Source: Marsupella aquatica (lineage: Eukaryota; Plantae; Marchantiophyta). From it: a stretch of DNA of 64,000 bases. The notes under the pieces were generated by a model. That model was not told the DNA's origin and did no database searches. It saw only the letters and a list, made by a program, of their open reading frames with translations. Both the position numbers and the translations under genes were made by a program. The stretch covers positions 28,172,307 to 28,236,306 of the forward strand of contig OZ316892.1 in NCBI GenBank assembly GCA_973895155.1. Reading direction: 5' to 3'. Every line of letters begins with the position of its first letter. Within the stretch, counting starts at the first letter, position 1. Of the stretch, positions 25,516 to 38,721 are shown piece by piece.

Positions 25516-28500
25516 AAAATGTTCTTATGCCTGTACTTTGACACTCCCTAATGCCCCAACAACCACCAACCACCCCCCCCCAACAATAGAAGTACAGGGT
25601 TTGTGGGCATTGAGATGGTGATGTTGTTATTGACAAGAAGAGGTGTGTGTTTGTGTTCACCGAGATGACAAATGTTATTATTGATAGTGCACGATCCCAT
25701 CAAAAAGTCCACAAACTGACCTCCACTACTCAATTTCTAAATTTGTACCTTCAAATGTACTAAACAAATGGATCTGGATGTGTCTTTCTTGCTGGTGATA
25801 AGAGAATGGAGGTCTAAATAGTGGGCTGGTTGGCGACAGTCTTTCTTACTAAAACTGGCAATTGACAGTTTAAATGTCAAAGTTGATTTCTAAATAAGAC
25901 ACATGGGCTTACAGGTGGGGAGGGCAATTGCCAAATTTTCTCTCCAATGAACTTTTGCACTTATCAAGAAATCACTTATCAAGAAATTGCACTTACTGGT
26001 CTGTCTTATTTGAACAAATTCTCTTGTTCCCAGAAGATTATTCCACTAATGAATTATAGAGGAAGCTGCAATTTATGTGATTGAACACTTGCATTTATGG
26101 AGGGATATCACTTATCAAGGTTGTGCCTGGGGATATAGGAGGAGGTGGATTAGCCACTTGTACCCTTGTACTGGCTGACTGGGAGTCGGTTTTTGCCCAG
26201 GAATTAGACTTGGTGGCCCGGGTTTGTTTCTGGTTGCTGGGTGGTGCTGTCCTGTCTTGTCTGTGTTTTCCTTTGGCCTTCGGGTGTGTTTTCTGGCCTT
26301 GCTGGTTTTTAGGTTGGGCATCTTGGAATCCATTTTGGGGCATTGGCAAATTCTCCTAGTTCAAGAAAAGAGAGCAATGGTACTGCTGTACCAAACCTGG
26401 CCACTATGGTGCCAAAGCGACTAGTATCTAACTAATACAGTGTAATCAAAAGCAACTGCCTGGGCCTATTGGCTAGAGTGAAACCTCTAGAGTGTGACTC
26501 TAACTAAGGGCACAACTGAAAGTGAAGTGGAGACAAATAAGGGACTGGAGCAAAGATGAACACAAAATAACATGGAATCCTTTCTTTGCAAGGTTGTTTG
26601 TCTCGGCATCTCTGTTTACAGTTCACATTCAAGGGACAGGTAATCAGGCTAGTGGTATCAAAACCTGGAAACTACACTGTGGTACCAGACCTGGTTACTA
26701 CAGTATTAGTTCTGAATCTGGCCGTTCCAGTATCAAGTATCAACTGACAACCTTTTAAACCACCACTGTCCACCAGGCTTGGGGAGGACAAAATAGTGCA
26801 CTTTTCTACTCATGTAAGAAGATTATTGATTTATTTTGGTAAACTGGATCCACCAGGTTTTGCATAGGGGACAGTGGCTGTTTAAAACCTGGTTGTGATG
26901 GTGCTGAACCTGGTTGCTCTGATATTGTAGCATCTGTAAGAACAATCAGGTTTGCGCATTCACTGTGCAAAATGCTAATATTTTTTTGCTAGGTAATATT
27001 TTAGAACACAATTCCATGAGAATTTATGTAGATGTCACTATTAAATTACTTTAACAACAATGTCTACACTGCTAAATCAGTGCTTTGCACCTTGGAATGC
27101 TTTACATAAAAATGCTGAGAATATTCGTAACATGTGCATGGTAAAAGATTTTCAAGATTCCCAAAGCACTGCTAAAATTTTGTCCCATGGACTCAAACTT
27201 CAATAACTAATTAGGCTAACATGGTGGTCCTTGTTACTATAATCATAATAATGTTTGCACCAAAAAATCATTACAGAAGTTTTGGTACCGAGCATAAAAA
27301 TATGATGTTCCAAAGAATGGTGGGCTGAATACATATAGCCGTTTCAGGAAATGGCTAGGACATTACATGTTTCGGTGTTATTGAAATAGGGGGATATGCA
27401 CTGATAGAAGTATCTAGCAGGGAAAAGTTTACATAGCCACTTGTGAAAGTGTGGAAGCAAATTAAAATAAGTTTTAGCAATTGAAGATGGTGAACTACCT
27501 TACTACTAATGATACTAGCCTGAATGTCTGTTCAATCTTTGAACTTCAATTATAGAGGTGAGACTCACCCAACCCCAATCCTTGTTTTCCACTTGCAGCC
27601 CAATTTCAGTTATGCCCCTAGAGTCATGCTCTAGAGGTTTCACCCTAGTAAGATAGAGGCCCGGAGAGTAGCTTTCAATTGCTATTATTGACTGAACTTT
27701 GTCCGTTGTTGGCTAAATTAAGTTCACAGCCGGAAGTTGAAGTGATTGGGGCGCTGAAAATCGCCCCAGAATGTATTGTTGGAAACAATATTGTACGCAT
27801 TCAGTCTACTAATTGTGACCACCTAGATTTTGGTTACAGGCCTTTGGTTGAACTTTGTTTAGTTGAACCCATGGATGCCAGGGTTTCATTTTGTATTTTG
27901 GGCAGGTGGCAATTATGGCACACCGAGAAACCTCTGAGTACCAAAAACTTGGTACAGTCACATTATGACCATTAGATCTATATATGGTCAGAAATGAACC
28001 CTTGATTTTGGTGAGCAATTACTGAAACTGTTTATAAGAAAAACTTATTTGTACCATTCTCAACCCTTTCCACCCAGGAGCAAATGTGCAAAAGTTTGCA
28101 CAAAAAGGAAACACAGATGGGGGCCCTAAAATGGACCCAATATGTATTGTCAGCAACCTCGTTGTAAGCCATGGCCAAACATGTATTTGTTAAACCTTAT
28201 TGTACACGTATTGAGGCGTATTGTTTGGTTCTATTTTCTCTTTGCCCCACTTGTCTTTGCCACAATTACAGTATTTTTTGTAGTTCATTACAAGCACTGT
28301 CTCTTTTAAATACAAAATTAAATTTAAAATTAAACCTTATTATCAAAACCTTATTCAGTTAGCCTATTATTGTGACCATGGAGGTGTTTTGTCACGGCCC
28401 TGATATTACTTACTTAGGGCCACTTTACAAGACGGGCGCGGCAATTTAGTTCCTCTTTTTTCATGATCGAATCAATCACAACCGTTGTTTCAGCCTGCCC

Positions 28501-29037
28501 GGGCGCTCCTTGCTTTAGAAGACTGGCGCGGCAAGTTGAGCTGCGGGAATAACCGAACCTGCATTCTGGTATGGATCAGCTCTGGCCAGCCGGCTTGGGA
28601 CTCTCATCCGGGCGCTAGACTATTGGACCTCTGGAGGTGCGAAAATGGGCAGCCCGCTTCCTCTTAGGATTCCTGCCTTGGATTGGTCTAGAGTCCTACT
28701 GTACCACTAAGAGTTGGGCTCTGTTACAGCCCTGATAGAAAGCACTCAAATTGTCGCGCCCGTCTTGTAAAGTGGCCCTTAGATACTCCCTCTTTATCCA
28801 GATAGAATCTATCCATTTTCCTCTCGATCCACCATCGTTTGCCGTTCGAGAGAATCTATCCATTCTCCTCTCGATCCACCTTCGTGTTCTGTCGCACAGA
28901 TCAGATTTCATCGAGAGGAAATGCAATTCGCCCATTGCCCATTGCCCAGTGCCGAAGGACTGGTTGATGAGCTCGAGAAAACGAGAGAGAAGTGCTGATT
29001 GAAAGAGGAAGGAGAGGAAGAGGAGCAGGAGGAGGAG

Positions 29038-31886
29038 ATGGCAGCGATGCCAGCCGTGCACGGAGTCGTCGCTGCTACTGCCTCCTCTTCATCCTCGGCA
29101 GCAGCATTTGGGAGGATTGTCAATTCCCCGAGCTCTTCTTCCTGTTCGAGGACATGGGCGTTCTTCGTGTTGAGCAAACCCTCCCCTTCCTCCTCTTCTT
29201 CGTGCTCCGCTGCACCGCCTTGCTCCGTTGTTAGGAGAAGCGAGCAGACGAGCAAGAATGGGAAATTGAGAGCGGCTAGAGCTGCGGCTGCTGCGGCTGC
29301 AGTGTCTCCTGTTGCTGCTGCTGCTGCTGGTGCTCCGTCTGCAGCTCCGGACCAGGTGAGGCCGTCGCCAGCGGAGGTAGCGAGGACGATTGTGGACATT
29401 TGCACGGAGGGGACGTTGTCGACGCTGTCTGAGGATGAGTGGCCCACTGCCACGGCGGTCCGCTTTGCTCTGGACGCTGAGGGCAACCCTGTGTTCCGAT
29501 TTACGCCCTCGGCTCTTCATACCCGCAACCTGTCTGCTGATAATCGCTCCAGCCTTCATGTCCAGGCAAGCTTCCCGTCCCTTGCCTTCCCTTGATATAC
29601 ATACTCTTTGTCCAATACCTCTTTCCCTCTCCGATGGGGCCTTGGGACTCATGGTTGTTAGGCACACTCCCTGACTTTACAGCTGGGTTGTTCCCACCTA
29701 AGAAGAAGATCAGCTGGTTAACTTTCTGAGTATTGATGATGAAGAATTCCAGAAAGCTTGCTGTTTTCAACGTTGCCATTGTACATTTAATTGGTTCAGG
29801 GTTCAAGAGGAGTTGATTTCTTCATCCTCACTTATTTCTTCTGCCCATTCCTCCCTGTTGGTGTGAATTTCCTTTTGACAGTTCCGACTACACTGCCACC
29901 GCTTTAAATTTGGTTTGTTGTCACTTAGGGGCTTATGGAACAACCCGTGTGTACAAAGTCCTGATCTAGTTTTGTGGCTAGCGATTCAAAAATTTTAATA
30001 TCTAGTTTCACAAAACATCTACAGTCCATTTTAAACTGGAAGCCTGCAATTAATCCTTCCTCTCTCTTCGTGACCTGACCTTTTTTCTGTTATGAAGACT
30101 GAGGACAGCGCCATGATTTTGTACATAGTTCAATCTCTCTTAGTGGGCTTCTTTTCACATCTACGGTATGTGCTCAAAGGACCCCATGCATTTCGGGGCT
30201 AGTTTAATTCAAATGTAACTCCAGAAATGTAGTCCTTCCCTCCACTTGGTGGCATTGCCTATTTCCTTAAAAGGACAAGGCGATTGTTGTCTTGGGTCCT
30301 AATTGAATTTCCCTATTGCTTTTTGGCCCGCCGAAAGCTTGTCGCCACTTATCAATGCTCCTTTCCTGACAATATTCCGCTCGCTGATTTAACTCAGTGT
30401 AATTAGCCTCTTTCGAAATTGGCATGAGGAATTGTTTGGTCATCTTGTAGGCCTAGTTTCCCCCCTCGTCACTTTCTCATATTAAGCTGGGACACCGTTC
30501 GATTTTCTCCCTTTCCTCTCTGGTCAAGTCTTCTTCCTTAGATAAATATCTGGAATTGTTTTGTTGAACTTTTTCTGCTCTTCTGAATGGCCAGTTGGAA
30601 CTGCCGGGGCGACGAAGGCCACAGTGCACGCTGAGAGGGCGGATTCTAAGGATAGTTGACCCAGAACACATACTGGTGAGAAAAAAATAATTCCTTGCAC
30701 TGAATGCTTAACATATGCTATCGAGGAACCAAGTAGCATCTGAATTTCTGATTGTGGGAGGCTGGTGTCTCTAGTGCCAGAAGATGATGGGTTCGTTAGG
30801 TAGTTTCGTGCATCGGTGGCATTCCTTGTTGAAGTCAACTGGCTTGGTGTGCAGAAACTTGATTTTGCATGGGAGAGGAGGTTCGGACCTGAACGTGTCC
30901 CAGAAGATGAATATTATGTCATGAATGTAGAGCAAGCCCTGCATGCCCAAGACATGGGCGAGGTAATGGGCTTTGACACTTCTTAGTGGAAGATCCTACA
31001 ATTCTTAAAGCAAATTATGCTACCTTGGATCTGCACCTATCGCCAGAGAAGGAAGAGTCGTTTACGAGTATTCTAATTTAGGACGTGGTTTATTTTACAG
31101 GAAGAAGTTTGGGTTTCCGGAAGCGACTTCTCTGCAGCTGTGGCTGATCCACTCCGGGACTGTGCACCAAAGATTGTAGAGGATATGAACAGAGTGCATT
31201 GGGAGGACGTGCGGCGGTTTTGCAATTCGTATGCCAGACTCAATCTCGAGGTGCATAGTTTTATCATCCACTCCCCTTGGGCTTTCTGTCCTGATTTCCT
31301 CATTTGTCCTCATGAAGGCAACCGAACAGAGAAACTCTGCATTGTGTGATGGAATATTAGTTCATTGAAAGAGAAATCTAGGTCTGTTTCCTCATAATGT
31401 AATTTCAAACTTAGCTTCCACTCGCGGGGTGTCATGGCTGCTATAGCGATCTTCTTGCTTCCAATCCGAGAGGGTGAAACTGCACTCATAATCCCATTTC
31501 ACCTTTTGATTGTCTTCAGTTATCATGATTCAGCCATGAGTGAAAATGATTAAAGTGGCCAAATTCTAGCAAAAACTGTGTTTTTACTAGTCCATCGCCA
31601 ACACAAGCTCCATTGAGTCTTCTCACATGTTGACCTTGTTGGCTTGCTCTGGCAGGTGGAGGAGGCTAGCATGACCTGGGTGGATCGACTTGGTTTTGAT
31701 CTACGGGTGCTCACTCGTTCGCCACAAACGCTGCTGGAGGTTCGAATTCCCTTTTCAAAAGTGGTGTCTGATGAAAGAGATGCACGATCTTCGCTGACCA
31801 TGATGGCACAAGTTGCATGGGAGCATGAGCGAAACTACAGTCCACCTGATGTGCAACTGTTAGGTAGTTTCAATGTGTCATCTTGA
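29038..31886 (+). CDS. GBP: Glutamyl-tRNA reductase-binding protein, chloroplast (GluTRBP/GBP/PGR7-like), ~5 exons
   Basis: Ser/Ala-rich transit peptide from ATG 29038; PSPAEVARTIVDICTEGTLSTL...NLSADNRSSLHVQ | LELPGRRRPQCTLRGRI | ... | ADPLRDCAPKIVEDMNRVHWEDVRRFC | VEEASMTWVDRLGFDLRV...EVRIPFSKVVSDERDARSSLTMMAQVAWE (split-barrel plus DUF2470-type C-terminus). Confidence 0.92.
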
Positions 31887-33010
31887 CAGTCATTTGTAGA
31901 CAGTGCATTGGCAAAGTTGTAGAAGTTGTCATTGGCCTTTGGTTTCAAGCCTTTGCTCAAGTTAGGGAGAGCATGGCTCACAGGTCAGCCTTAGTTTCAC
32001 GGTTGACTACATTGAATGTGTTGCTTTTCACCGTAGCCATCCTTCCTTGAAAGACTCCTTTGAAGAGTCAAGAATATCGTAGGGAGAGAGGAGCCATCAA
32101 ACGCTTCGTTGTTACCTTTTGACAGGCAGACACCTTAGTTGGTCGAGAAATATGTGCACCCTGAATTCCCTCCGAAGCAACCATATGTGCTGCCCCGCAA
32201 ACCTTCCGCTTGCTTTGGCTCATTCACTCACGAGGTCTCGTATCAAGCAAGACGCAAAGTTTCAACATGTTCACTGCAAATGGGATCAATCAATCATGCG
32301 CGGCTGTTTTCGAATCAGAATACATTTGTGGTGCTGCGTGTGTTGTTCCTTTGATAACGAGGAACGAGGATTATTCGCAAGTCAGTTTTGACGATTATTG
32401 GATACTGCAGTGGGCGCCTCCATAGACAAACAAATGAAGCGATCTTTTGCGCATTTTGAAAAACAGATTAGTGAAACCTACCAAACATCGCGAGACATTG
32501 TGGAGAACTGTCAATAAGTTACCGCCAAGAACTTCAACACACCAATAATTTCCTGGACTGACACTTCCGACCTTTTCCCTGAGTTAGAGCAGTGTAAAAA
32601 CAAGGTTCATGTGCAAATTAACATGAATATAGCCTATCGACGCTCTCAGAGGCAAGCAGGTCAGTAAAACGATGTGTCAAGAGGCCTCCTTCAATCCTGC
32701 AAATCTGTCTGTTTCTAGAACTAGAACTTCCAGCTCAAACAACGGTTCCTGGAAACTCGAAGTTAAGCTCAATCCACTGGACTATGGTCATACTACGCAA
32801 TTCAAGCAGATGTTAACATAGGACAACAACCAAACGGTACCGTGGACCTGAACGGTTGGCCGAACTCCATTCTGCTATGAGACCAGGCAACTGGAACAAG
32901 CGGTGTGGTACACATACATAGGTCACACTTTCACAAGACAAAGACAAGGGCTGCTCCATTACTAGCCCATTTTCACTTATATGAGAATAAAAAATTGGAA
33001 GATATTGAGC

Positions 33011-36000
33011 TCAATTTTGAATTCTGACACTCCTGCTAAGATTGGTCCTAATCCCTGTATCCTCCCCACCATACGACCCACCGCCGGCCTTGACTGTCCG
33101 GACCTGTCCCTTCCTCCGGATGACTGCCTTATCGTGCTTGAGCTGCAGGACCACCCATTGCCAAGAATTAGGAAATCCTGACCAAAGCAACCCTTGGGCA
33201 AACGTTTCGATCCTCGTATGCAATGGTTTGGATTGTGTCAATCTCAATGCACTCGATGTTTCAATAGGGGCCATGCGTCGTACCTTATATTTTTTGCGAG
33301 GATTCTTGGTAAGTTTCTTTCGATGTGGTGTGAGACCTCTGTTCTTCTCCATCTGCAACAGAACAAGGAAAGCATCAGACATTTCCTATATACGAAGCCC
33401 ATCTCTGGCCACACGATGATCAATTTAAGATTGAAAAATGGAGGATCAAAATGCTTTACTTGAACAACAAAAATGACTGACGATAATTACCATATTCGTG
33501 ATATGTCGCTTTCCTTCTTCATCTTCCGCTACTGAAGGCAATGTCGGCTCTCTGCATGAGAAACAAGTGGGGAGGAAGGGGTTGAAAGGGGATTAAATTG
33601 ACTGTCGCATGTGGCTGAACATGAATCCCAAACTTACTCACATTGAGTTAGTGGTGAAACAGTGTCCGAAATGCACCATTCAAGATAGCAAGGAGAAACA
33701 ATGCCATTACACCAACGCCGGACTGATTGGACTGAAGATATTCAGATGAATCAGAGTTCGAAGTCGCTTGTCTCACCTTTCGTATTTTGCACGCTTAGCT
33801 GCCTTTTTAGCTTCAGCTAACTGTTTGGCCTCCTTGTAGAACTCATCCTCTACAGGTTCCAACTTCCCATTGTCATCTTCGTCACTGCCCATATTGTCAT
33901 CGAAGGAACGGACGCTTTGCATCTCAAGCTTTCTTCTCCTTTCTCCTAGATCCGCTCTGACTGGCAAGTCAGCATCACCTGACATCACCTATTTCATACC
34001 AACAAATGGTATCAATCAACATTGTAGATCTTGAAAACTTCATGAGTAGGTGGCGTGAGAGAATCACCAAAATTTGTAGGTTGTAGCGAGCATAGTCAGC
34101 GTTTTCCGCGGAGGTTGAATTTTCTATGAAGTGTAAACATTCTTGCTTTGTTAAGGGATTACCCACCTTTGCTTTCTTGGCAGCTCTTCCACTTTCGGCT
34201 ATTACTTGTGACAATTTTCTGGGCTTCAACAGATCACTAGGAGGACCACCCAGAGACTCCCGATGACGATTCTCATCCATGCCCACCAAATCCGCCAGAC
34301 CGTCATCAAAATCATCCAGCAAATCCATTAACCTGCGGAGGAAGGCAATTCCGTTTAGCTAAGAAATGAACAAAGCAGGGACAATCTAATACAACAAATG
34401 ACAATTTAGATTATTCGACGATTTTGATAACACTGGAAGATACTGAACAATGAGCTCTTCCCCAACCCCAGCAACACCTTTTAGTAGTGTACATTGATTC
34501 CGTCATCTCGGTAAGTTTCCAAGCAAACTCCGGTCATACATTTTCTTGAACAGTACAAAACCATTTCACTAAGTTCCAGATCCAGAAGTTCATACCCAGA
34601 TTTGGATTGTTTCAACTGTTTCAACTTCTTCCTTTCTACCCTTGAGAGAGGAACACGAGAAAATAACTCCTCTTCCTCTTTGGCACGTGCATCAAGTCTT
34701 GCCTTTTCACGCATCATTTCCTTACTTTCAGTGCCAACTATCTCTTGAACCTGTATGCCAAACATACTGCTACCGTTAGCCGACGAAAGAGAAACAAAAA
34801 GACACAGTACAATAGAGATTTATAAGCTTCCAACTATTGTGCGTAATTGCAGCTAATCTCGTCAGAAACGAATGTATAAACTCCATGACTGATCCAGTGT
34901 CGTCTAGATCTTGAAGCCTTAAGGTCAGTACCTCTTCGGGCTTGCCTTCCAACTCGTTTGCAATTTCTCTCATGTATGCACTACGTGAAGCTCTTCTTCG
35001 GGATTCTTTCTCTGCCCGTTCCTTATTCCGCTTGTCTTTTGGTCGGATATCCTCCTCCATTGCCACCGGGGCTATCATAGGCGGTCTGTAAACACCTCCA
35101 GTAGCCTGCACCAATAGCAGCACTCAGTTCTCAGAGCCATAAATTACAGACTAATTCCCGTTCTACTTCGTGCCTGTTACATCCTCGGCGGTGTTGACAA
35201 TACCATTCATCTAAGATTTTAGAAACACATTCAAAATTCAGAACGCGTTCCACATACATACCTCAGAGTCTTGATCTAACTTTGAGACCAGCAAGTCTGG
35301 ATTAGGCCGGTACTTCAAAGCATCCTCGTTCTGCTCTCGAGATTCTGCTCCTGGGGCATTTGCTGTCTTCAACAGTTTATCGATTTGATATTGAAGTTTC
35401 TTATCGATTGGTCGGATCTGCAAACAAGATTACGGTTCCCTCTCAACCTTAAATACCGCAGACCCAATAAGATCTTCCATAGACGCCATTATGCGAAATA
35501 AATCAAACGATTCCGTTATCTTATAGCACAGAAAGAATTGTAGAAGCGACATAGAAAACCTTTCATCCAGTTCAAATTCCTTTTTCTATACTTTCAATTG
35601 AATTTTTGGAAGAACGGTTTTCGAGGATCCAGATGGTACACTCACCTTCTCCAAGAACAAGCGTAATTCTACCAGACGAGCGATAACAGGGTGGTCTCTG
35701 ACGGAGCGACCTTCGGCTTTCAATAAAAGATAGAAGATGATCGACTGGCAGTAGTTCAACAGCAACAACTGCTTCACCTCTAAGTAGCTTATGCCTTCTT
35801 TGGTTGCATATTGACCATCCTTAACCTGTACAATGCAACTATAAATCACTTTCTCTACAAACCTTGACCAACCTCATGTGGTGCGTCAAACAACAATCCT
35901 GAATCAATTGATCTGATATCTTGAGTTCAGCGAGCAAGGGTTCATGAAGACAGTAAATACCTTCTCCACGAGAGGTTGAACTTTGTTTCTCAGTTCATCA

Positions 36001-38412
36001 AGTCCTTCCCGTAGCTCAGAAAGCAGCCCGACAAGTTCAGGTGCATCACTGGGCACAGCAAATTGGGAAACATGTGAGGCAATGCTTATGAAGTCTACAA
36101 CAGTACGAAATATTCATCTTGTGTGGTATCCACCTTCAAATATCAACTCTCCACTGCTGTGGCCACAGTAATTCCAAACATATCATCAAAAATGAATTAA
36201 GCCAAAGCTCAATCCATTTAATGCATTCTTTAACTGAGGTCCACTTTGAAAGCTATAGAGCTTACCTCATAACCACGCCCATCTTCTCCTCCTTAGAAAG
36301 AGCATTGATGTCCTTCTTAACTTCTTCAACAGCAATAGTCTTACTATCTTTCGCAGCCAATTTTGAAGATCCCCCTTCTTTCCGTTCGACAGCTTTCTGC
36401 AGATGGTGACCTCACCTCAGGTTCTAGTATTGGGTCCAACCACGGAACCAGACTTCCTAAACCTAATCGACAAGACTAATCATACACAAGTCACACAGGT
36501 TGCAATTCTCATTCTCTCAGAAATCCGGTCTCTCTCTCAGTTATTGCTGCAACCAGTTCAGCTCAGTACCTCGAGAGTCTCCTCTCCATCATCACTATCT
36601 TCCTCGTCATCTTGTTCATAGTCCTCAGGCCGCAATGATGCAGCAGCTTTTCTTTGTAATCTGAGGACTTCAGCTTCTTCCTCTGCTGGTGCTTCTTCAT
36701 CATCAGATTGGATCTGGCCATAACCACAGCTACAAGTTAGAAGGGGAGATATGGACCAGCAATTCCTTTACTTTCGGCATTAGAGATGATCTTATGGTTA
36801 TTTTCCAGAGTCCAGAAGTAGGTCATATGTTCAAATGACAAGACATTTCGTACCTCAAAGTCCACATTATCGGCACTATAGTACAGCTTCTTGGACTTGC
36901 CCCAGGCAGTAGGTTCCTTATCTTCATCCTCATCGTCTTCATCGTCTTCTTCTTCTAGTCCTTCCTTTTGCTTCATAATCTTGGCTTGCTTGAACACTGC
37001 AAAACCAGATTTGACATACACCTCAGCTAAATGACAATTTTTATGCTCTCGTGTCCAGTGTGCACAGAGATGTTCAGATTAAATGACTGCCATACATGTA
37101 TGCAGACTCACGAGAAGACCTCGACATGAAATACTTTGCACAGTGTCTCAAGTTACGCATTGGATATAATTTTTGCGCAACCATGATGCCAAAATTCCAT
37201 TCGCAAATTTTTGAAGACTAAGTAGTGATGCCCAAGGAGCCGAATGTATAATGATATGGAGAACAGCGTGGGGTGTGGCAGAGCCCATAATTGTAACTTT
37301 CTCATGCTTGAAAACCTTCACAATCTCCTCCCGTTCTGGCCAAAATACTAGAACTAGAAACAAGACAAAACTCAAGTGCTGACCGACTGGTGCCCAACGG
37401 CATCAACGACCTGAAACAAATACGTATTACTATATTACTGAGCGGAATTCCACCAATTCTCAGGCCGCCATTTCTAATCCCGTATTCTTATTTTTGGGAC
37501 TTTCTGTGTAAAATCGATCGATCAGGATGTCCATCAGCCCGTAAATGTAATTAACGAATACATCAGGTCCTTACATTTGGCTTCAAGTCCGGTGAGCTGC
37601 TCCTCGTCCAAGTCGTCTGAGTCCTCGTCGTCATCGCTATCCTGCACAAATCCCGTCAGCACCATCGTCAGGTTTATAGCCGAAAGGGAAGAGGTCCGAG
37701 TAATGAAATTGAGCAGCTAGCTCAAAACTCATCCATTCTCGCGAACCATAAAACTCCATTGGGTCAGTTTTGGGCAGAATCATGCTGATGCCCGGCATGA
37801 TTTTCAAAAGTCTCAGATCTTTCGATTCCCAGTACTTTAGAGAACAGATAAATCAATAAAAACGACAAACTTTAGATGGCGAGCCACAAAATGACTACCC
37901 TTTCGATGAACCGAAGGGTTTCCGACTGAAAATCCAGTCACATCCTAACCCTCAAATTCCACCAACGACGGCCCAGGAACACACTATATTCCTAGTTTGG
38001 ACAAATAGACGAATTTGACACTTATGGAGAGGAAGAAGAGCATCGAAGAAAACCAATCTCGTGATCACTCCGTTAACATCCCTGGATCCTCATTCCCTTT
38101 TGGCATTATCTGGCAATCTGCACATTTCCATTAACTTCGTCCATGGACACGAGAATTGAGGGTGGAGACGGGACAACACACGCAAACCCGTTCCGCAGAA
38201 GCAAGATCATCTGGACATGAATTCCTCACCTTCAAGTTGAATACGGGGTTTTGACCCTGGTCATCGGAATCCTCCTCCCCGTCCGAATATTTATCCTCTA
38301 ACCCCAAAAAATCTTCGTTGTGCGATCGCCCTAACCCCTGCTCCAAATCATCATCCTCTTCCACCTTCTTCGCCTTCCGCCCAGATTTGGCCCTCCCATT
38401 CGCCGGCGCCAT
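33011..38412 (-). CDS. SAS10: Sas10/Utp3-family SSU processome protein with an internal neuroguidin/Lcp5-like segment, ~15 exons
   Basis: Acidic N-terminus; KKDINALSKEEKMGVV-DAPELVGLLSEL; C1D-type domain GISYLEVKQLLLLNYCQSIIFYLLLKAEGRSVRDHPVIARLVELR; Sas10 C-terminus GKRHITNM-MEKNRGLTPHRKK...RRKGQVR...YGGEDTGIRTNLSRSVRIQN*. Confidence 0.9.
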
Positions 38413-38712
38413 GTTGCCCGAATGGCACTTCTGATGAAGAACCGAAGGTTTTTCGACTGAAAATCCAGTCACATCCTAAATCTCAAATTCGACCGACGCC
38501 TGCCCAAGTACACACTATATTCCTAGTTTCAGATCATCTAATGCTCAGCGGTTTTGGAAACGTATAGTGGAATTTGCATCTCCTGGAGCGGAAGAAGAGC
38601 ATCTAAGAAAACCTAGTCCATGCGATCACAGGGACTGAAGATCGAACTCTTCGAAGACGGTAAGCTCCTTCGCGCATGTGATAAACCCTTCGGACGAAAA
38701 CCCCGAAACTGT

Positions 38713-38721
38713 AAACCCTAA
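38713..38721. promoter_or_regulatory. Telo-box (AAACCCTAA) ~300 bp upstream of the SAS10 start
   Basis: Exact motif; telo-boxes are established in promoters/5' UTRs of plant ribosome-biogenesis genes. The motif is short and also occurs near the PIGN start (~24889). Confidence 0.45.

Noticed and set aside
28908-29667. Two 192-aa minus-strand ORFs
   Set aside because: Antisense to the GC-rich, low-complexity first exon of GBP.
33011-38412. Two separate adjacent genes (SAS10 and NGDN)
   Set aside because: Only one C1D domain is present and all exons join in a single frame with no internal stop or second start.
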